Source: a virus
Virus record (IMG/VR): IMGVR_UViG_3300020469_000020
Location: 32,001 to 96,000 of that record
Reading direction: 5' to 3' (one strand)
Length of the DNA: 64,000 nucleotides
The translations under genes and the position numbers were made by a program. The notes under the pieces were generated by a model. It saw nothing but the letters and a program-made list of their open reading frames with translations, was not told the origin of the DNA and did no database searches. Within the stretch, counting starts at the first letter, position 1; every line of letters begins with the position of its first letter. This document shows, piece by piece, positions 57,391 to 64,000 of this stretch.

Positions 57391-58383
57391 TTATTTATTA
57401 AATTTTTTCACATAATCTGTAACTACTTTGTATTTTCTGACTACCTCATCCATAGACTCTCCGTCTCTAAATGACTGTTTATCAAGTTGTTTTTGAGAAT
57501 CTCCGTTCGGCCATATTCTCCAACTATCATTATCTATAACGTCAGACACTAATATTTCATTAGTTTGCTTACACTTACCCATTTCTATTTTGAGATCAAC
57601 TAACTCTACATCAAACTCTTCCCAAGATTTTTCTAACAACATAAATGTATCAAACATTAATTTTATCATTATTTGATATTCATAAGGTGTAATCAAACTA
57701 TCTATTGTACAAAGTTTATTTTTATGTGTGGGTTCTTCTTTAGCAGAATATAAATCCATTTTAAATCCTGTTTTATCATTTTCATTTCCATTTTTTTCTC
57801 TCCAATCACCCCAATTAAAAATAGCATATGGGTCGGTATAAACAGGTAAAATCCACTCACCATCTTTCATATATTTTTTTCTTGCAGTATCTTCTGGAAC
57901 TAATCCCCAATCAAAATCTTTATCTTCTTCATCTGAGTGTAAAAAGTGATCATATTTTACATAAGAATACTTATGAAAAAATTCATATAATGGTTTTCCT
58001 TTTACTCCTCTATCACTAAGTCCAAATTTAAATCCTTTTTTTATTTGTGGATTTCTTTTCAAATAACTTCCAAATGCTGTTCTTCTTATTACACATTCAT
58101 ATGGAATCATATCACAATTACGTGCAATAAAACTTGAATTATCTAATTGTCTAACAAATGAATTTGCTATATTATTTTTAGTTAATAATTTAAATATTTC
58201 ACAATTTTGTATAGTTTTTTCTTCTGCTACTTCTACTTCTGTTTTTTTCGCAGCATCATAAGCAGTTAACACATTTTTAGTAGAAATTTTCAACAGATTT
58301 TTAAACTCATCACTATGCTCTTCGTAGCGAACATTTGTAAATGGTGTAAGTATTTTAGTTTTTCCCTCTATTGTTTCCGACAT
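57391..58383 (-). CDS. purC: SAICAR synthetase
   Basis: EGKTK, MIPYECVIRR.A.GSY..R, LVDLKIEMG, DVIDNDSWRIW, DKQ.FRD. Confidence 0.93.
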   Translation of the reverse strand: MSETIEGKTKILTPFTNVRYEEHSDEFKNLLKISTKNVLTAYDAAKKTEVEVAEEKTIQNCEIFKLLTKNNIANSFVRQLDNSSFIARNCDMIPYECVIRRTAFGSYLKRNPQIKKGFKFGLSDRGVKGKPLYEFFHKYSYVKYDHFLHSDEEDKDFDWGLVPEDTARKKYMKDGEWILPVYTDPYAIFNWGDWREKNGNENDKTGFKMDLYSAKEEPTHKNKLCTIDSLITPYEYQIMIKLMFDTFMLLEKSWEEFDVELVDLKIEMGKCKQTNEILVSDVIDNDSWRIWPNGDSQKQLDKQSFRDGESMDEVVRKYKVVTDYVKKFNK

Positions 58384-58387
58384 ATTG

Positions 58388-59008
58388 CTAATCTCTTTTA
58401 AAAAAGCTTCTACCCATTACTAGGTAATCTGCTCCGTTTTTTATTGCTTCTTCTGGTGTGGATACTCTAATTTGATCTTGTTTATCATCAATATCATATC
58501 TTATTCCAGGACAAATTTTTTTAAGTTCATGCGAATCCAATATATCTTCTTTAAGAAGTAACAAATCTTTTGGTGAGCATATCATTCCCCAAAATCCATT
58601 ATCCTTCATTAACATTGTGGATCTTTTGTAAAGATTGTATGCACTCTTATTATAAACAGTCCGAGTGTCATCATAGTCCCAACTTGTTAGAAATGTTACA
58701 CCTAGTAATTTAATTTTGTCTGCATATTTTTTTAACGATTCAATTGCTTTTAAATTATTATTCATATGAACTGTTACCATATCGGCACCAGTATCTATCA
58801 AATGTTCAACTACACTACACATTGTATTTGGTATATCATATAATTTGTAATCACAGAATATAGTTCTATGATTAGTTTTTGTATATGGATATAAAATATG
58901 ATTTAATTTAAATGCATATACTTTATATTTCCACTCTTGAATTATTTTATCAGCCTCTTCTACAGTATAATTATCTAAAGCGACTATAGTTTTTGAATTA
59001 ATATTCAT
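58388..59008 (-). CDS. pyrF: Orotidine-5'-phosphate decarboxylase
   Basis: IVALD, DYKLYDIPNT, TVH, GVT.LTS, PGIR...DQ.R..TP..A...GADYLVMGR. Confidence 0.93.
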   Translation of the reverse strand: MNINSKTIVALDNYTVEEADKIIQEWKYKVYAFKLNHILYPYTKTNHRTIFCDYKLYDIPNTMCSVVEHLIDTGADMVTVHMNNNLKAIESLKKYADKIKLLGVTFLTSWDYDDTRTVYNKSAYNLYKRSTMLMKDNGFWGMICSPKDLLLLKEDILDSHELKKICPGIRYDIDDKQDQIRVSTPEEAIKNGADYLVMGRSFFKRD

Positions 59009-60276
59009 TTTTTACCGATATAATATTGAACACTTGTCAAATAAACACAATTTATAAATACATCCATTGCTTTTTCAAGTTCTTTTATTTGTGGAAATGT
59101 AGGAGATATTCTAATATTTTTATTTTCTGGATCTATTCCATATGGAAATGTTGAACCTGCTGGTGTTAATTTAACTCCGGCTTCTGCAGATAATTCTACA
59201 ACTTTTTTTGCAAGTCCTGGAATAGTATCAAAAGAAATAAAATAACCTCCGACAGGTTTAGTCCAAGTTCCGATGCCGTAATTATTTAAACCATAATATA
59301 GTTTTTTCAAAACAGTTTCAAACTTGTAACGAATAATTGATGCATGTTCTTTCATTTGATTCCTTACTGATACGATATTAGGAAACATTTTAGAATGTCT
59401 CAATTGATTTACCTTATTAGGACATATTCTGAACACTGTTAAATGATCAAGCATGGTTTGTATATTATTTTTAGAAGCACCTAAAAAGCTTATACCACTT
59501 CCAGCATGTGTTACTTTACTTGTAGAACCAAAAAGAAAAACATTATCTTCTGTATTATATGACTTACAGAATTTCATAATACTTGCTAATTCTTTTTTAT
59601 CAAAATGGTCATGAACGGCATATGCATTATCCCATATAACAAAGAAATCATCACCTGTTATCGTTCCTAGTTTAGCAATTCTATTTACAGTTTTTTCATC
59701 ATAAACAGTACCTGTTGGATTTGAATATTTTGGAACTGTAAAGATTCCTTTTACATTTTTTTCCTTTACTAATTTCTCTACTAAATCCATATCAGGACCA
59801 GATTCCAGTAGAGGAACATTTATCATAGGAATACCAAGTTTTTCAGCAATACCAAAATGTCTATCATAACCAGGAACTACAGCAATAAAAACAGGATCTT
59901 CTTGTTGTAGCCAAGGTTTATTTTCACCGTATCCATAATGTGCTCCTACATGCATGACCTGATACATTAATGTTAATGAACTATTATCACTAGCAATTAC
60001 TTCATCTATCTCTAAATCCAACCAATCTGCTCCTAGTCTTCTCGCTTCTAATATACCTTCTTGATTACCATAATTTCTTGTATCTATACCAGTTTCAGAA
60101 ATATAATTTCCTCCTAATATTCCATCTATATGGTCAGACAAATTTAACTGATTTACAGATGGTTTACCTCTTGTTAGGTCTAATTTCAATCCGCTATTTT
60201 TAAATTCATTATGTCTTGTTAAAAACTTTTCTTCCAATTCAGATAAGAATTCTTTATCATGATCTTTAATCATCAT
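59005..60276 (-). CDS. PLP aminotransferase (aspartate aminotransferase type Ic-like)
   Basis: LDLTRGKPS, RNYG..G, VPGYDRHF, VPKYSNPTG, WDNAY.VH, STSKVT.AG, GGYFIS, NIRI.P. Confidence 0.88.
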   Translation of the reverse strand: MMIKDHDKEFLSELEEKFLTRHNEFKNSGLKLDLTRGKPSVNQLNLSDHIDGILGGNYISETGIDTRNYGNQEGILEARRLGADWLDLEIDEVIASDNSSLTLMYQVMHVGAHYGYGENKPWLQQEDPVFIAVVPGYDRHFGIAEKLGIPMINVPLLESGPDMDLVEKLVKEKNVKGIFTVPKYSNPTGTVYDEKTVNRIAKLGTITGDDFFVIWDNAYAVHDHFDKKELASIMKFCKSYNTEDNVFLFGSTSKVTHAGSGISFLGASKNNIQTMLDHLTVFRICPNKVNQLRHSKMFPNIVSVRNQMKEHASIIRYKFETVLKKLYYGLNNYGIGTWTKPVGGYFISFDTIPGLAKKVVELSAEAGVKLTPAGSTFPYGIDPENKNIRISPTFPQIKELEKAMDVFINCVYLTSVQYYIGKK

Positions 60277-60560
60277 ACTAATTCACTCCATATTTTAAGT
60301 TTATCTTTTTTAACTTTTACTCTGGCATTTAATTCTTCCCAATCTGTAATATTATGTTCTACCATTAAATTTATCATACATAAAACATCACCAACTTCCT
60401 CTATTAATTTTATTCTTTGTTCTTCTTCTATTTGATCTATTTTTTCATATTTGCGAATTATTTTACTACATCTTTGTGTAAGTTCTCCGCATTCTTCAGC
60501 GGTAATAATCATTAATTGTTGAAGAGTATTGATAGGATTTTTTTGCAAATTATTTCTCAA
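60273..60560 (-). CDS. MazG-like NTP pyrophosphohydrolase
   Basis: EECGEL...EEVGDV. Confidence 0.8.
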   Translation of the reverse strand: MRNNLQKNPINTLQQLMIITAEECGELTQRCSKIIRKYEKIDQIEEEQRIKLIEEVGDVLCMINLMVEHNITDWEELNARVKVKKDKLKIWSELV

Positions 60561-60913
60561 TTAAATGTTTCATCTTTTTTAGGACCAGTCATAAAAAACA
60601 TTTTTCTTTTAGAAGCTTCCAATAACATATGTTGTTTATAAACTCTTTTACTTTGTATGTCTTTTATTAATTCAAATCCATCATTAGGATTATCATACCA
60701 CGTAGAGTGATATGAACACTTACCATCATTTCCACGTTTCCATCTCAAGTGAAGTATTCCAATAATATCTCCTGTTTCTGGATTTTTAAATCCTTGCATA
60801 ATATCTGTCATTCCAAGAGAAGGTAAAAACTTATATTTAATATCTGATTTTATCATTAAGCGATATTGTTCTTCACAAACTTTTCTAAACTCCTGTTTTT
60901 CTTCCTCACTCAT
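60557..60913 (-). CDS. Hypothetical protein
   Basis: Translationally coupled ORF. Confidence 0.6.
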   Translation of the reverse strand: MSEEEKQEFRKVCEEQYRLMIKSDIKYKFLPSLGMTDIMQGFKNPETGDIIGILHLRWKRGNDGKCSYHSTWYDNPNDGFELIKDIQSKRVYKQHMLLEASKRKMFFMTGPKKDETFN

Positions 60914-62199
60914 TTTTTAAAAACTTTATCGTAGATATAATCTATATTTTTTATATATCTTTTGGGATTAAATATTAAATCAATTTCATCTAAGCTGAGT
61001 ATTCCTCTATCTTTAAAAGATATTTTAAAATAATCTTCATTATGTGCAGCCTCTTGAACCACTTTATATGCTTCTTCTCTTGTGTAATTTTTTTCCTTAA
61101 TCAAATATAATAACACTTGTTGGGAATAAACTAAACCATTTGAACTATTTAAATTTTCAAACATGCGTTTTTCGTTAACAACCATATTATCTACAACACT
61201 TTTAGTTCTATTCAGTGCAAAAGCTAAGTGAACAAAAGTATCTGGTAATATAATTCTTTCTGCACTAGAATGACTAATATCTCTTTCATGCCATAAGGCA
61301 ACATTTTCAAGGGCAGGAACAATTGCCATTCTTATTACTCTACACAATCCAGTTAAATTTTCAGTTAATATTGGATTCTTTTTATGAGGCATAGCACTAG
61401 AACCTTTTTGTCCAGCAGTAAAAGATTCTATTACTTCATTAACTTCTGTTCTTTGTAAATGTCTAATTTCTACTGCAAATCTTTCAATACAACTTGCTGT
61501 TATGGATAGATGAGATATTAATAACGCAATTCTATCTCTTGGTATTACTTGTGTAGAAATATCTTCAGGATATATTTGAATTTTATTTGCAAGAGTTTCT
61601 TCAACAACTGGGTCAATCATAGAAAAAGTTCCTACAGCGCCACTACACTTTATTCTCAACATGTTATCAATATTATCGCTCAATAACTTTTCACATCTAT
61701 CAAATGCTGTATAATGACTTAAAAGCTTTAATCCAAATGTCATTGGTTCGGCATGTATTCCATGTGAACGTCCAACACAATATGTATTCTTGTGTTTTAA
61801 AGCTTGCTTTTTTAAAGATTCTTTTAGTTCTTTTAATTTTTCTATTATTATTTTTAGAGAACTTCTTATCTGAATTGCAAGACCTGTATCAATTAGATCT
61901 TGACTTGTCATACCGTAATGAACATATTTACTAGGTTCACCTAGTATTTTTGCTAGATGAGTTAAAAAAGCAATTATATCATGCTTAGTTACTGATTCTA
62001 TTTCAGAGATTTTTTCAACAAATCCTTCGTGTAAACACTCATCTTTTTTCAGATGCATATATTTGCTTACAGAAGACGGTATATGTCCTAGATTACCGTT
62101 TATTTCACAAACGGCATTTTCAATATCAAACCAAATTTTAAATTTATTTTCTTCACTCCATATCTCAGCAACTTCTTTATCTGTATATCTTTCATGCAT
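60910..62199 (-). CDS. purB: Adenylosuccinate lyase
   Basis: HYGMTSQD, GRSHGIHAEP, GQKGSSAMPHKKNP, WHERDISHSS.ER. Confidence 0.97.
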   Translation of the reverse strand: MHERYTDKEVAEIWSEENKFKIWFDIENAVCEINGNLGHIPSSVSKYMHLKKDECLHEGFVEKISEIESVTKHDIIAFLTHLAKILGEPSKYVHYGMTSQDLIDTGLAIQIRSSLKIIIEKLKELKESLKKQALKHKNTYCVGRSHGIHAEPMTFGLKLLSHYTAFDRCEKLLSDNIDNMLRIKCSGAVGTFSMIDPVVEETLANKIQIYPEDISTQVIPRDRIALLISHLSITASCIERFAVEIRHLQRTEVNEVIESFTAGQKGSSAMPHKKNPILTENLTGLCRVIRMAIVPALENVALWHERDISHSSAERIILPDTFVHLAFALNRTKSVVDNMVVNEKRMFENLNSSNGLVYSQQVLLYLIKEKNYTREEAYKVVQEAAHNEDYFKISFKDRGILSLDEIDLIFNPKRYIKNIDYIYDKVFKK

Positions 62200-62200
62200 A

Positions 62201-63637
62201 TTACACCATTTTCATTATTCTTTTTTTACCATTTTCAGTAGGATAATTACCATCAATACATGCTAAACATAATTCTTTTTCTGTCTTAATATTAATACTA
62301 TCTAAAAGTCCAGTATAAGAAAGATATTTAAGACTGTCAGCATCAAAATCATTATGACTAGGTAATGACTTTCCTGCATATAACTCCTGTATTGTAGGAA
62401 AATCTATACCATAAAAACATGGTGAAACTATGGGAGGTGAACCTATTCTCAAATGTATTTCTTTTACTTCACACCATTCCCTTAAAATTTTAACAAGTTC
62501 ATATAAAGTAGAACCTCTAACAATACTATCATCAACAAGTATTATTTTTTTATCTTTTAGTATTTCTTTTATAAAACTAAATTTTTGACGAACACGGGTC
62601 TTTCTATCATCACTGGAAATAAATGTTCTGCCTATTTGATGATTTTTTATAATACCCAACACATAAGGAAGTTTCATAGCATTTGCATACTTATTTCCTG
62701 CTACATAAGAAGTATCAGGAACAGGCACTACGATCCAATCATCTCCTTTAAAATCACCTGTTTCTTCTCTTGCTAAATTTTCACCAATTCTTGTTCTTGT
62801 ATTATACATATTTATTTCATCCATAACACTGGCGTTATGAGCAAAATAAATGTACTCAAAAAAACAATGATTTATTTTAATTGGTTTAGCATATTCTTTT
62901 AAATAAAATTCCTTATCATTTGCTATAAGAACATTTCCAGGTGGAATATCATATGATTCTATTTGCAAATTAGATAAGACACAACTTTCACTCGCTACAA
63001 CTAATAAATCATCTTTAAATCCATAACATAATGGATGAAAGCCATCTACATCTCTACTCGCAAAAAAGTTTCCTTCTGCATTTACAAATGATAAATTCCA
63101 AGCACCATCAAAAACAGTGTTTAATGACTTTAATATTTCTATAAAATCTAAATCTTCTTTTGGACTATTCTTTTGAATATAGCGACTAATATAATGCATT
63201 ATAATTTCAGTGTCACTATCATAGGTCATATTATAACCTATTTTTTCTAAGTCATTCTTTAGTTGATCAAAGTTACTAAGATTACCATTATATGCAATAC
63301 TAAACCATTTGTTTAATCTTCCATGAGGTCTTTCAAATGGTTGCGCTAACGTATCAGAATCATCACCACTTGTGGCGTATCTTGAATGACCAATGCCTAT
63401 ATTTCCTGAATAATTTTCTTTAATTTTATCTAACTTATATCTATGATTTACTCTGAATACTTCATCTACTTTTCCGTTTTCTTTATAGGTCTGAAGTATT
63501 CTTTTTCTGTTTTTATTATAAGTTGTGATACCAGCACTAAGTTGTCCTCTATGCTGTAAGTCCATTAAAGATTTTATTAAGTCAGAAACAACATTATAAT
63601 CTTTGTTATACGAATAAAATCCTACAATTCCACACAA
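62201..63637 (-). CDS. purF: Amidophosphoribosyltransferase
   Basis: N-terminal CGIVG, LQHRGQ, GH.RYAT, VDDSIVRGST, PCFYGID. Confidence 0.97.
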   Translation of the reverse strand: MCGIVGFYSYNKDYNVVSDLIKSLMDLQHRGQLSAGITTYNKNRKRILQTYKENGKVDEVFRVNHRYKLDKIKENYSGNIGIGHSRYATSGDDSDTLAQPFERPHGRLNKWFSIAYNGNLSNFDQLKNDLEKIGYNMTYDSDTEIIMHYISRYIQKNSPKEDLDFIEILKSLNTVFDGAWNLSFVNAEGNFFASRDVDGFHPLCYGFKDDLLVVASESCVLSNLQIESYDIPPGNVLIANDKEFYLKEYAKPIKINHCFFEYIYFAHNASVMDEINMYNTRTRIGENLAREETGDFKGDDWIVVPVPDTSYVAGNKYANAMKLPYVLGIIKNHQIGRTFISSDDRKTRVRQKFSFIKEILKDKKIILVDDSIVRGSTLYELVKILREWCEVKEIHLRIGSPPIVSPCFYGIDFPTIQELYAGKSLPSHNDFDADSLKYLSYTGLLDSINIKTEKELCLACIDGNYPTENGKKRIMKMV

Positions 63638-63652
63638 TATTATTCTCTATAA

Positions 63653-64000
63653 TTAGTAAAATAAAGAAGATACACTTTCCTTATTATGAACTCTTCTTAC
63701 CGTTTCTCCTAACAAGTTATTCAAACTAATTTGTCTGACTTTAGTGTTTGAAACTTGAGATTTCTTTTGAATAGAATTACTAATTACAAGTTCTTCAATA
63801 CTACTATTAATAATTCTTTGCTCGGCATCACTACTTAAAACACCGTGAGTAATATATGCTCTAACAGATGCAGCACCGTCCTCAATAAGAGCATTTGCAC
63901 AATTGATTAATGTACCACAAGTATCGGCAATATCATCTACAATAATGCAATTTTTATCTTTAACATCTCCTACAATATGTAATACTTCACTTTTGTTTTT
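63653..64000 (-). CDS. prs: Ribose-phosphate pyrophosphokinase, C-terminal part (5' end beyond window)
   Basis: Manual: IVGDVKDKNCIIVDDIADTCGTL..A.AL...GA.SVRAYITHGVLS...ESVSSLFY*. Confidence 0.93.
   Translation of the reverse strand, partial: KNKSEVLHIVGDVKDKNCIIVDDIADTCGTLINCANALIEDGAASVRAYITHGVLSSDAEQRIINSSIEELVISNSIQKKSQVSNTKVRQISLNNLLGETVRRVHNKESVSSLFY

Noticed and set aside
514-62776. Many short antisense ORFs in the track (e.g. 514-765, 29037-29564, 35364-36074, 45364-45696)
   Set aside because: Shadows of well-supported genes on the opposite strand or frame.
44700-64000. Host chromosome or prophage boundary
   Set aside because: Metabolic genes are interleaved with gp32/59/33 and spanins and share the phage's AT-rich composition; no integrase or att site seen.

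Overview
AT-rich segment of a large T4-like (Tevenvirinae/cyanomyovirus-style) myophage genome, probably marine; the host cannot be determined. Bases 1-37.5 kb hold a rearranged virion morphogenesis region: DUF4815-type giant structural gene, gp13-gp23, gp2, gp26/gp51, gp54-like, a tail fibre and a tape-measure/lysozyme gene. Inserted among these are an RNA ligase/2H-phosphoesterase pair, a MotA/ExbB-like membrane module and proteins with T4 capsid-targeting-like leaders. Bases 37.5-42.5 kb are small early genes, many preceded by a repeated sigma70 promoter cassette. Bases 42.9-64 kb carry a large set of auxiliary nucleotide-synthesis genes (prs, purF, purT, purC, purB, purA, pyrF, pyrE-like, rpe, rpiB, aspartate aminotransferase-like), plus sbmA, gp32/59/33, spanins, tRNA-Leu(UAA) and an RM-like pair. 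Best candidates for undescribed biology: (1) a tRNA + coiled-coil protein + ~195-nt structured RNA unit with 7-nt periodic U-rich repeats (53.85-54.80 kb); (2) a U-UUU-UUA -1 slippery site that would fuse gp26 to gp51 just upstream of the tape measure gene, like lambda G/GT; (3) the phage-borne MotA/ExbB-type module. All calls are by motif recognition and synteny; no database searches were run.
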